A stretch of DNA of 63,516 nucleotides, the filler included, from Bipalium vagum (Eukaryota), in the NCBI GenBank assembly GCA_037834085.1. It is 3 parts of 3 records of this genome, joined end to end, with 100 filler letters (N's around TTAATTAATTAA, not from the genome) between each part and the next. Parts side by side here need not be neighbours in the genome. Positions count along the whole stretch, not along the records: positions 1 to 21,907 come from JBBMKC010229527.1; positions 22,008 to 38,189 come from JBBMKC010123555.1; 1 more part is not named here. The stretch is one strand, 5' to 3'. How positions within the stretch are numbered: the stretch's first letter is position 1; every line of letters starts with the position of its first letter. The notes beneath the pieces are model-generated. The model was not told the origin of the DNA. It worked only from the letters and a program-made list of their open reading frames with translations, and made no database searches. Positions 12,482 to 23,420 of this stretch are shown piece by piece. Made by a program: the position numbers and the translations under genes.

Positions 12482-12720
12482 GTTCGAATCCCGGTATCAC
12501 CAATTAATTTTTAACTGACATGGCGACCACATAAGGACACCAACCAGCGGACGTAGGCTCGTAAAAGAAAAGGAAAGGAAATAGAAGGAAGAAACTCGAG
12601 GCGGTTAAGGGCTTGGGTGTGAAGTAAAAGAGGATGGATCAGACTGAGCCTTAAAGGACTGAGATGTGAGATAAGTTGAAAATTAGTTGGGAGACGTAGC
12701 TCAGCGGTCAGAGTAGTCTA
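12482..12720 (+). mobile_element. Miniature non-autonomous LTR retrotransposon (TRIM) with tRNA-derived LTRs; both LTRs truncated inside the tRNA part
   Basis: B box GTTCGAATCC 12482-12491, acceptor-like TATCACCA, LTR end TGACA at 12520, PBS TGGCGACCACATAAGGAC 12521-12538, purine tract AAAGGACTGAGA, LTR start TGTGAGA at 12665, A box TAGCTCAGCGG 12697-12707; 12494-12516 and 12674-12695 are imperfect inverted repeats. Confidence 0.72.
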
Positions 12721-12949
12721 TTATTATTATTATGATTATTGAATTTTTAATAAAAGTGGATTTTTATACTTAAAATGATTTGAGTTATATTCTAATCTAT
12801 CAGTATCAAAATATATAATATTACGCTTGTAAAAACCGTGGAAAGGTTTATTAAAATATGGAACTAGAATAATATATTTTAAAATATTAATAAATAAAAA
12901 TTCATATCCTATGAAAAAACTGTTGATATGTATCGTAAATATGCGAAAA

Positions 12950-14824
12950 CTATGTTTTAGATCTTAACACGTGATCTCGATTTTTCTTGGCCCGCTCCAA
13001 AGTTTCTAGAGCAATACTTCGACTGCTACTGGAAATAACAGATTTCAAAGATGACATTTTACTTGTTATACTGTTACTACTAACAGCATCATAATCGACC
13101 GTCTTCATGTTTTTACTGTCGCCCATGTTCTGTTCATTAAAGTAACGTTGGAAAGTATAGTTTTTATCAGGATTTACATTGTAAGTTCTATTGTACCCTA
13201 CGTTACAATTCTGAGAGTAGTCATTCGGTTTAATCGACTGATAATTACACCCATCTTTGAGCTCTGTGTCATGAGAAGCTATTTCGTCTAATAACAAATT
13301 GTTATCGTAAGACGGTTTTCCAGCCGATTGGTTTTGCCAATTACAATGTTTTGGCTCTGGACTTCTAGAGTTACTTCTACTACGTCGTCCCACAATGGTG
13401 GAATTGCTGGAACTATAAACCGAAATGGGTGTCAATATGCTTTCGTTAGCTAAAGAAGGAGATTGGTTGCAATTGTTTCTGTTTTTTATATTCGATCCGT
13501 GAGAAATTTTCTTGTGGTGCTGGTTTTGGAATTTTTGATTGCGTTCTTGGTTCCTGGCTTCGTGTGTTTCTGAATCTCTATTCCTGTGCTGTCTACAACG
13601 CGGTCCGGAAATATCATTGAAATAATCTTTTAAATCCTTTTCCTCCGATTTTGTGAATATCTCACCCAAATGCTCTCTCGAAAAATGTGTTCCTCTTGCT
13701 CTCTGTCTATATTCTTGAGCCTTTTTCCGTAGATCCAGAATTTCCTTGAACCATTTTGACTGCTGGTTAGATTTTAGAGCTTCTTCTTGTTCCATGGTTT
13801 TTTGAATCATTGATTCGACCTTTTTCCACTTATTATCAAAATTCGCAGAATATTCCGTTAAGAATCGTTTCTGTTTACCGTGGGGAAAATTGAAACGTTG
13901 TGGATTTACCGTGTTCTGAGGTGGATATGTTTGCTCCTTAAATTTCATTGATGGCGGCGGCGTTACGGCTCGTCTTCTGATTTCTGGCTTCTCGGGTATT
14001 ACTTGAATTTGAGAATCCTCAAATGATCCTTTCATCAAAGGTTTCATTCTTTTTAATCGATTTTCGGCGACAAAATCATAAGGCCGATATTGTCTCTGAT
14101 ATTCCGAAATAAAATTGCTGTATATTTTCAATTTTGTATCAAATTTCGATAAATGATTACAATTTTTATCCGATTCCTTTGATGGTTTTTGGACCGCCGG
14201 TTCAGCCCAAGCGAATTTTGTTTGATAATCGGTTTTGCCAAACTCTCGAGATTTTTCATTGATGGAATTGTTTAAATAAGTTCTATATTTACTGTCAGCA
14301 ATAACTGTCTGGTCATTTGTTGTTTTCTTTTCATGTAGTTCTGGCACCTTTATATTTATCTGGGTTGACTTTTCTGATTTCTCATTCAATTTATTATATT
14401 TTGTTATTATACCATTTTCTGTTTGAATCGCTTCGTTGACGTACTTTTTAGGTTTTCTATTTTGAGGTTTATCAGTTTCAGATTTATTTTTAGAATACTT
14501 CATTACTGTTTCAGTATCATATTTTGCATTCTTTTTATTAAAATGTCTCTCCCTTTGTAGAGCCTTTATATTTCGATATGGAATACTGGAATCAAATTTC
14601 TTATTTTTATTACCCAAAACGAAATATGGATCTTCACTTATATTTGTATTATTTTGAGAAGTCAACGGTACACCGATCATTACATTGTCTTCTGGTAATT
14701 TAACTCTTCTTTTATGAGTCATAAATGGCTCAGAAAATTTTTGCTTTTCTTTATTTTTTCTTGCATAATATTCTATTTCGTGAGGATTCCATTGGTATGA
14801 TCGTTCATATTCACTTTTCATCAT
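12950..14824 (-). CDS. MDM1: MDM1-family microtubule-binding centriole/cilium protein
   Basis: 624 aa ORF with repeated (S/T)EY..(Y/F) motifs (SEYERSYQW, TDYQTKFAW, SEYQRQYRP, TEYSANF) and the MDM1-type segment WFKEILDLRKKAQEYRQRARGTHFSREHL; an acceptor-like TTTTAG directly precedes the ATG. Confidence 0.85.
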   Translation of the reverse strand: MMKSEYERSYQWNPHEIEYYARKNKEKQKFSEPFMTHKRRVKLPEDNVMIGVPLTSQNNTNISEDPYFVLGNKNKKFDSSIPYRNIKALQRERHFNKKNAKYDTETVMKYSKNKSETDKPQNRKPKKYVNEAIQTENGIITKYNKLNEKSEKSTQINIKVPELHEKKTTNDQTVIADSKYRTYLNNSINEKSREFGKTDYQTKFAWAEPAVQKPSKESDKNCNHLSKFDTKLKIYSNFISEYQRQYRPYDFVAENRLKRMKPLMKGSFEDSQIQVIPEKPEIRRRAVTPPPSMKFKEQTYPPQNTVNPQRFNFPHGKQKRFLTEYSANFDNKWKKVESMIQKTMEQEEALKSNQQSKWFKEILDLRKKAQEYRQRARGTHFSREHLGEIFTKSEEKDLKDYFNDISGPRCRQHRNRDSETHEARNQERNQKFQNQHHKKISHGSNIKNRNNCNQSPSLANESILTPISVYSSSNSTIVGRRSRSNSRSPEPKHCNWQNQSAGKPSYDNNLLLDEIASHDTELKDGCNYQSIKPNDYSQNCNVGYNRTYNVNPDKNYTFQRYFNEQNMGDSKNMKTVDYDAVSSNSITSKMSSLKSVISSSSRSIALETLERAKKNRDHVLRSKT

Positions 14825-16149
14825 CTAAAAGTAAAGAAAGTTGTTAAATTATAAATAAATAATGTTTCTATAGATATAACATCAATGATTTAATTCATTA
14901 ATTAAAACAAATCTAGGTTAATATATTATTTTTACGATTCATAAATAATTAAATAATAAAAATAATAAATTTAAAATATTAATTGAAATTTAATAAATAT
15001 TTATATATTAATATTTTTAGTTTTTTATAATCTCTTATTACTGAGAAAATATATTATTTAGAAAATTATTTTATATATTTTTTTAATTAAAATGATGACA
15101 TTTAATTCGATTTTTTATAAATTCTCATTGAAAAGCTTTTTATTCCTGATGAAATTTATTTTATTATTCTTTATCATTGGAAAATAATATAAAATAATTT
15201 AATAAAATAAAAATAACTTTTCAAAACATTCATCTAGAAATAAAAGCAATTAAATATAAGCTTAGAGTTACCCAATGGCTATCGCTTTGATAATTAGATT
15301 TCTTTGAATATGGTGTCATTGTATTACTGTGTTTAATGAATCTTCGCATCACCTTTCTGCAGCGTTTCCTGAGTTATTGTATTTGAAGCTGTTGACAAGC
15401 TTACTACGGCATTAATTCGTAACCGGGTCTGTCGGAACAATATAAATATTACTCTACTGTTGATTCTCTTTATAGATCTAGGAAATATGCTATCGATGAG
15501 TAACTATGTCTTCTGCAATGACACTTCGTTTCCTGATTGATATAATATGTACTATCGACTTTTCTGATGTTATCGAGAAACAATGCTGTGCACTCGTGTG
15601 TCATATCAATGAAAAAATTCTTTCAAATCTTGGATTCATACTTGTATGCTTATTTGCTATCAATGATGACTCAGTTGTACTCTCATGGAGATGAAGTTTT
15701 CCAGAAAATCTAGGACCTTGTCGTACCTCTCATAAAACACAGAGCTTCTTAACCGAAAGCAACATTGAACATTTCTATGAAAATACTTTCAAGAAAATAC
15801 TTTTTCATAAAAACTGGAATTGATATTCAATCAACTTTTACAAATATTACATTTATGAATAGCTTTAAAAATTGAAAATACCTAGGCCAATTATATAAAA
15901 ATCTTTAAATCCATTTAATAAAACAAACCCGGTGAACCAATTTGCAGACCTGGGTAGCGAATTTAGTTATAAACATTTAAAAATCTATGATGAAATAATA
16001 AAAATTATACTTCTTAGTGACATTTATATCAGTTGTAAAATTGTCAAAACTCATTTCTAAATATTTATTTTTAATAAGACAATAATTTTAAAAAATTAAT
16101 TATTTAGTTTAAATAATAAATTATTAAACTAATTTAAATTAATTTTAGT

Positions 16150-19100
16150 TTTTTAATCCTCACATTCACCTAAAGAATTTCTTGATCTTTTAAATGTTTT
16201 TGTCAACTTTCTTACCATCCGTATCTGACATCTAATAGAATCTGTAATGGGTCTTCTTTTTGATTTCAAAAGGTCAATCTAGATCTTTTGTTCTAATTTT
16301 TCTAACCATGACTACGTCTCCGACTGTAAACTTCATTCTGGTTTTTTGACTTCTCAACTCTCGTGATTATTGTTTGATTTTTTGAATGACTTTAGATTTA
16401 GTTATTTTGGAATATCTTGATTATTGTATTATCGTCTTGTCTCGTAACAGCGGAAAGTACTATGTACTAACTAATATGACCTAAAATTGCCAGGATATAT
16501 TTTTTATGAAAAGTTTCTTTTAATAGTCCACAAATATCCAGGTATACTTTTTCGAATGGCTGTACCAATGAAATTTTCACTGGGTTTTCCTTCATAGATA
16601 TTGTAACTGTCTTGAATGTTTGACACGTCTCGCAATATCTTATATTTTTGCAACTATACTACTCAAGCTTCATGGAAGAGAATTTGCGAAATATATTTCT
16701 TAATTTTTTCGAGCCCGCATGCGTTAATAGTTTGTGATTATGTCTGATGAGCTCTTGTTTCTTCTCCTGAAATATCCAGTTGTTATTGCTCATAGTGAGT
16801 ACAGTTTTGCTGGATAGTGTTTTCTCTACCGATGGCAATGTTTTTTTTATTTCCAGAATCTCCGGACTATTCCATATTCTTCACTGTCTTCACTCAACAT
16901 ACTTAAAATTCTCGTTTTTATCTTTCCCACTTTAGCATCTATGCTTGATATAAGGCATTGAGCACAGATTTCAAAGGATCTTTTCGACAACATGTCAGCA
17001 TTAGAATGGTCTGTATCTTTCCGATATTCTAGATTTAAGCCTAAACCACTCAAGTAATTTATCAAGGTCTGGAACAAAGCTGTAACTTGCTTCTTTGTTG
17101 TCAGCATGAACATTATAGTCTTGTGATCTGTTCTCAGCTTGAATTTTTTTTTATACTGGTTAAATATCGTATGATCCACAAGCTATTACTTTCCCCTTCC
17201 GTTTCCGTCTTTCAGCGATAACACATCTTCGATAGTATCAAAACTGAAATCTGTATCTAAGATGAATTCTTTTTTAAAACCTGGAAAATATAATATCGAT
17301 GACCTTGTAAGTGCTTCTTTCATCTCGACAAACGCCTTTTCACAGTTATCTAACCAGATTAACTTCTCATCTATTTTCCAGTAAATTATTTCTAGTGATC
17401 TTGATTTCTCCCAATATTCTTTGAAGAACTTCCTGTAATAGTTGCAGATGCTCAGAAAGCTGCACAGGCATTTGACGCATTTCGGCCTTTGAACTATTTA
17501 ATTCCTTCTTTTTACATTGGATCCGTTTCGATTTCGTCTTTGTTAATAATGTGACATAAAAATTTACCCTGGCTTTTCATAAGATGACTCTTTTCTGGAT
17601 TTATGCATATTCCCACTTCACAAATGTTGCTGAAATCATTATTTCAAATTTTGTAAAGTTTCTCAATATTTTTGGTGAACATCAGTATGTCATCCAGATA
17701 TACACATGCACCTTCCATCCCGTTGAGTACCTCAGTCAATAATTCTTGAAAGGTTCTCGGTGCTGCTGCTTTCCCGAAAGACATTCTGTTAAAACAATAT
17801 TGAGCTGATTTTGTAGATAATACTGTCTTTTCCTTTGATTCTTCTTTGATTTCGACCTTGTATTAGGCATTACCTAAATCAATATAGTTAAGATACCGAG
17901 CTCCCCCTGAGTTTATCTAATATTTCTTCTATGTTTGGCATCAAAAAAGCTTGTCTCTCAGTAATTGTACGCAATCTTCTGAAGTCTAAACACAATCGAA
18001 TATATTTTTACTACTTCTTTCACACACAAATAAGTGGCGCATTCCAAGGAGAATTGCACCTTCTTATGATTTTCTTTCTATACAGGTTTGTAATGGCCTT
18101 GTCTATTTTATTTTCTAAATGAACAAATTGTCTTCGTGATTTCACATTAATGTGGTTTCCTTTCGTCACAATCTTATGCTTTAACAGATTTAATAGACAT
18201 TGCTGCTATTCCTTATAATCTCTCCCAGCCTTTTGAGATTTGATATATTTAATATTTTTGCGGCCTTTTGAAATCTTTCAGCATCTGATATTTTTCTTCT
18301 AAACTCTGCTTCAATATCACAAAAGTCACTTTCCATTTTTTGTAGTTCTCTACACTCCCATTGTAAAACCAATTCGAACTGTTGTTGCGATTCCACATCT
18401 CACACTATGCTGGGTGTGATATGGTCAACTATCATGAAAGTAATTTTTTCATCTTGTCACCGATCACCACTTCTAATTCAGCTTTTCCTAGCAAGTCTAA
18501 CTTGCTCTCGTTTTTTCATCTTAATTTTTCATTACTTTTAACAATCTTTATATTTTGAAATAGTTCTGCGCTCATAACATTTATTTTTCTTCCTATGTCT
18601 AGGAGACAGTCCATTTCTATAACTTGTATTTTCAATGTGATACTCGGTCGTTCTTGTGTCTTATGGCAAACTATATTTGCATTTTTCAACTCGTCTATCG
18701 ACATTATCTTGATTGAGTTCACATCTTCTGTAGTCCCTCTCAAATTTTTCGTACATTTCAAATTGTTCATCCTTAAGAGTTTATACACTTTATCATTCCT
18801 TCGCTTCTCTTCTTCATGTCTTTCTTTTACATTTCCATGAAATATAATAGATATAGAACTGATACTACAATTATGGATAAGAGATTTACTGCTCTTCTCT
18901 AGAACACAGCTCCAACTAGCTCCCTATCTGTCGGAGCTCTTCCTTATGAGTGCATCTTGTAAGATACTTCATCATAATTATCATTAGTCGAGTGTCTTTC
19001 ACTGTCTTGGTCTCTGTTATCTGCAGATATTGTATTAAGAATACCTGCTATTATGAGGATAATTATACTGTAAGTTTGTGTCTCTATATGGTGTCCTCCT

Positions 19101-19500
19101 GTCTTCTCGACTTCTTTCTATATTCGTACGTAAATTGATTTTTTCTCTTATTAAAATTTCTGCTTCTGTTCCATCTAATGACATGTGCAGCATTCCTTTT
19201 TATTTATAATCCCACTTCTGTTTTTTATATAATCTTCTTTCTTTTCAAATTCTTAATATCTCTGAAGCCGCATAGATTCCAAATTTTCTCCACATACTAG
19301 ATTCTTTGAACTAGGTTAATCATTTGGAAGTAATTCGCATGAGAAACATCTTCGAGGGAAAGATATAGTATAATATATATATAATCTTTCCCAAAGAGCA
19401 GCAATTTTGATTAGCTTTCACACATTGACTATATTCGTAGAAATCCATACTTGCATTCATATTTCTTTTGAGTTATATAAAATTTCACATACATGCTTGA
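16150..19500 (-). mobile_element. Decayed Ty3/Gypsy LTR retrotransposon internal region (gag-PR-RT-RNaseH-IN)
   Basis: Protease-like DCLLDIG..INVMS (18516-18788), RT SPWNAPL and ACVYLDDILMF (YLDD at 17689-17700), RNase H EFILDTD and FKLRTDHK, integrase HKLLTHAG...CETCQ and PFEKVYLDICG; Gypsy domain order; many stops; no LTR pair recognised. Confidence 0.92.
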
Positions 19501-20105
19501 ATAATCACAACTAACAGGAATATATCCGCATTTTGATGTATGTATATTGGGTTGTTGAAGATAATATATCCCATTCTGCACTTCATTCATCCGTCACCTC
19601 ACTGATGAACCTGCATTTGTTTCCCGTCATAACTAGTTTTATTTTCCATAAAAATCACGATAAAAATTTTAGTCAAAACAAATATCGGAACTTGTATTAT
19701 TGATTATACATTTTCTTGCCTAATATATTGTCGTACTTAATATATTTTTTCTTAAACAAGTGAATCTTAAGAGGTTGATAAATTACTGAAGTTGGTTTAG
19801 TTTAAATATTTAGTATAAATAGAATATACGATTGAAAATTTTTAAAATTATTTAACACAAACTTTGATCACAAGACTTCCAAAAACGACCATTAAATATT
19901 TTTTATGAATAAATATTTTGGATTTATTAAAATTATTCATAATTTTATAAAAACTTAGCAATAATAATTAAAATACATTATTTAATTTATTAAAATAGAT
20001 AAAAAATATCAAGACATTGCATAAAAGCTGTTTATATTAAAAATAAACAATTTTTTCAATTTTCAAATAGATTCATACAAAAATTATATTCAATACAATT
20101 CACTC

Positions 20106-20588
20106 TTAATAAAAAATTCCAATCATGTTAGCTAAGTCACCAGAATGGTGCTTATGTTGCACACACAGACAGAACAATAACATAAAAATAAAGAAGCATA
20201 TTAAAATAATTGCAATCGGTACTATATATCCCCAAATTCCAGATTTCTTGTTCGAAAATATTTCGAACATATTTTCTTTATTTGGATACTTACAAGTCAT
20301 ATAAGTTTCATTTTCTCTAATATCTTCAAGGTATGGTGAGTCAATTTTAACACGGTAATTTTCTGCACAATTTGCAAAAAAGATGTGTGTTTCGTTGCAT
20401 AGAAATAAAATTTCCCTTTTAAGATAGGTTATTCTGATTTTGGATTGACGTAAATTATCCGAACATAACACATTTATTTGAAATCCTTCAAAAGGAGAAA
20501 CTTCATGAATTTCACGAATTTGAAAATTAAAAGAATAAATCCTGAGAACATTAATAATAAATATAATAACAATTTTCAGAAAATGCAT
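20106..20588 (-). CDS. Small orphan single-pass membrane protein
   Basis: 160 aa ORF with signal-peptide-like N-terminus, four-Cys ectodomain with N-glycosylation sequons (NET twice), TM IWGYIVPIAIILICFFIFMLLF and juxtamembrane CLC; TATA and CCAAT boxes upstream. Confidence 0.75.
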   Translation of the reverse strand: MHFLKIVIIFIINVLRIYSFNFQIREIHEVSPFEGFQINVLCSDNLRQSKIRITYLKREILFLCNETHIFFANCAENYRVKIDSPYLEDIRENETYMTCKYPNKENMFEIFSNKKSGIWGYIVPIAIILICFFIFMLLFCLCVQHKHHSGDLANMIGIFY

Positions 20589-20631
20589 TATTACAAGTTA
20601 AGATATTAGACTTTGGTACAGAACTTTGACT

Positions 20632-20729
20632 TTTTATATTTTTAATGTTACCTGGTTTGCATTGGTATTTTGATTATTTTTATAACTTCCTGTATTTTAA
20701 TAACATCCTGTATTTTAAACACATCCTGT
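20632..20729 (-). promoter_or_regulatory. Putative promoter: TATA box, CCAAT box and three ETS-like sites at 18-bp spacing
   Basis: Minus strand TATAAAA (20632-20638), CCAAT (20661-20665), ACAGGAAGT/ACAGGATGT at 20685-20693, 20703-20711 and 20721-20729, just upstream of the ATG at 20588. Confidence 0.5.
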
Positions 20730-21907
20730 GAACATGTGCTTGCATTTTTCTGATAATAATTTTTCAATAATCCAATTATTCATTCTAATTTTAATTCACA
20801 ATTGTAATATATTTTTATCATTAATTTTTTTTCTTATTATATTGCTTTCAATCATGAAATTTTTAGTTAATATTATTGCGAAAATTAATGACTATTTCAC
20901 ATTGGCTTAATATTTTACCATTCAGTTTCTCCTGATTAAAGGAATCATTGTAAGTTGAAAAAAAACTAATCTTTTTTATTTAAAACGAGATTGAAATAAT
21001 GTTACGAAGCCATTTGACAACAAGATAAGATTTCAAAATCAAAACCTAAAGGAAAAAATGCATTTTTTAATGAAAAATGCAAAACAAGTCTCAATACATA
21101 TCAATGATTGTACATTATTGTAATTGAACTCTATTCAGATTGAATTTAAATAAAATTTCTTTTTCATGATAATTATTATTGTGGCCAAAGGCGAACAAAC
21201 TGAGATTTAAACATTTAAAAATATTTCCTAATACTATTGTTTGATCACTGAAATTACATTACCGATGATCTCACCGATCTCTGATGCCCATAGGCCGAGT
21301 GACTCCAGCCTGGCACGTGAGATATAAATCATGAAGCTAGACTTCAAAGCTGATTTTGGGTAGTATTGTTAAAATAAAGAAAACCAAACAAACAACATAA
21401 ACCTTTAAAATATAATTTTTAAAAATATTTTTTCAATTTTATAGTTTTTTTATTATCTTAAAAATTGCATATTGTTACCAAACTAGTAATAATTACTTAA
21501 GCTTTAAGTCGCAATCTTTCCTCCATACTACCTGCTGGTGTTAACGATGAAAGAAAAATAATCAGTTCAACAATAAAATTTTATTAACACTGAAAAAATG
21601 ATTCTCACAATGTTAAATGTTCCATTATAATTAACTCAATAGCGATTCCCGTCTTGCTGATCAATTGTATCAAAATCAATTTATAACTTTCAACCAATAT
21701 CAAACAATGACCAAATTGATAAACTAAAAACACCAATCTATCAGATATCCAGATAGATATGATAAAAAAAATAAGGATAAAAATGAATTCATAATTTAAG
21801 TTGTGTATAACAGATCACTAAACAATTATGATTGATAGGTTGAATGGATTCTTCCCCTAAATTATTCATTAAATGCAAAACACTAAACTACTTTTTAAAA
21901 ACTGTTT

Positions 21908-22007
21908 NNNNNNNNNNNNNNNNNNNNNNNNNNNNNNNNNNNNNNNNNNNNTTAATTAATTAANNNNNNNNNNNNNNNNNNNNNNNNNNNNNNNNNNNNN
22001 NNNNNNN
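21908..22007. other. Assembly gap with artificial six-frame-stop linker
   Basis: 44 N + TTAATTAATTAA + 44 N. Confidence 0.97.
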
Positions 22008-22130
22008 GATGTACAATGTTTCAGCTTTCGAACGATATATAAATTATATATTTCTGATTTGTTTAAGTGCCTCAAAATTAAGGCTAAAACGATTCATGTA
22101 AAAAACGCACGAACTTTCCGGACAACCCAA
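22008..22130 (-). mobile_element. Mariner terminal fragment (probable 5' end) with TIR
   Basis: AACTTTCCGGACAACCCAA|TA matches the TIR at 9432 in 18 of 19 bases (inverted). Confidence 0.75.
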
Positions 22131-22299
22131 TAAGTTACACATCCTAATTCTTATTGGATACTTTTAGTTAAACCTTTAATGTATAATTATAATTAAAAAG
22201 GACATAATAAATGTTAGTACATTTTTGTAAGTTAAATATTAGTAAAGATGAAAAGTCTTTAGCATGAAAATGAAAACAACTACCTTATTAAAATTTTTA

Positions 22300-23420
22300 C
22301 AAAAAATCTTTAAAAGTAATAACCCCTGAGTCTGAATACAGTGATCCATTCTGTCCAGCTATTTACGATAGGTTCTGTGCCAAAAGGAATTATATCAAAG
22401 AAGGTATGAAAAGCATTATCCAACTCTTCTTCTGTCACAATTTTTTTACGCTGTAAATTTTTAAAAAGATTTTTGAATAGCTAAAAAACACAGGGACCTA
22501 GGTCTGGACTGTAAGGTGGGTGTAGAAGCTACTCAATGTACATACCACTCAAGTATGCGGCCTTATGTGATTGAGCATTATCATGGTGTAAAATTATGCC
22601 TTTCACACCAGATTTTGGATGACTCCCTGAGATAGCCCCGAAGACTTGAAAACACCATCTTCGAACATAGAAAAGCGGCGTACATTATATTTTTCGTATG
22701 TTTCTAAGTATTCCCCACTTTTGGAATTGTGTCATCCTCAAGAATTCAAACTTTGGCCTCCCGTTATGAAAGATTCTCGTGAAAATATATTTAGGTCTCA
22801 TCACCAGTTACCAATAGATTGAAAATGTCCAGATTTTCAAATTGAAACTTTTTTCAACGGTACCTCCATTTGTTCGACTGAGAGTATTTAGTGAGCACCC
22901 ACTAAACACAAAGATGTCTAGCGCCCAAATGATTACGGAGAATATTGTGAATTCATTCTCTCAAAATTTTTGGTATTTCTGTCATCTGATCCAAATTTAT
23001 TAGTGGGTCTCTTTTGGCCAAATCTCGAATTATGATAACATTTTTATCCGTAGTCACTTCTGTTGGACTACCGGATTGTGAAAGTTCATCAAAGACAGTC
23101 CTACACATCCGAAATTGACGAAATCAATTTGCAACGAAGAATATTTAACAGTGCTTGTTCCCAAAATACTATTAATCTCGTTGGTGGTTTCTATTGCGGA
23201 CATATTCTGTTTGAAGCAATAAGCCACTATAACCCTAACATCTCCGAAATTGAATATCATACTTTCTTCGACTATTCAACATTCTTTTGATTGAATATTA
23301 TAAGTAAAATCGTCCTGCAGAGCAATGTTTTAAATTTATTTTTCATTTATTTAATTAATTGATTATTTAAAACAAATATTATATCATTAAAAAATCATAT
23401 GATCGCTTCAGCGCTAAAGA
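22300..23420 (-). mobile_element. Decayed mariner element
   Basis: Minus-strand remnants of the N-terminal HTH (ORF 23054-23260), TGDET, HHDNAQSH and HPPYSPDLGP. Confidence 0.85.

Noticed and set aside
12482-12720. Functional or circularly permuted tRNA gene
   Set aside because: Anticodon arm and 5' side of the T stem are absent and the acceptor halves mismatch at two positions; the LTR/PBS/PPT layout explains it better
21952-21963. TTAATTAATTAA palindrome inside N runs (also 38234-38245)
   Set aside because: Artificial scaffolding linker with stops in six frames, centred in a 100-bp gap
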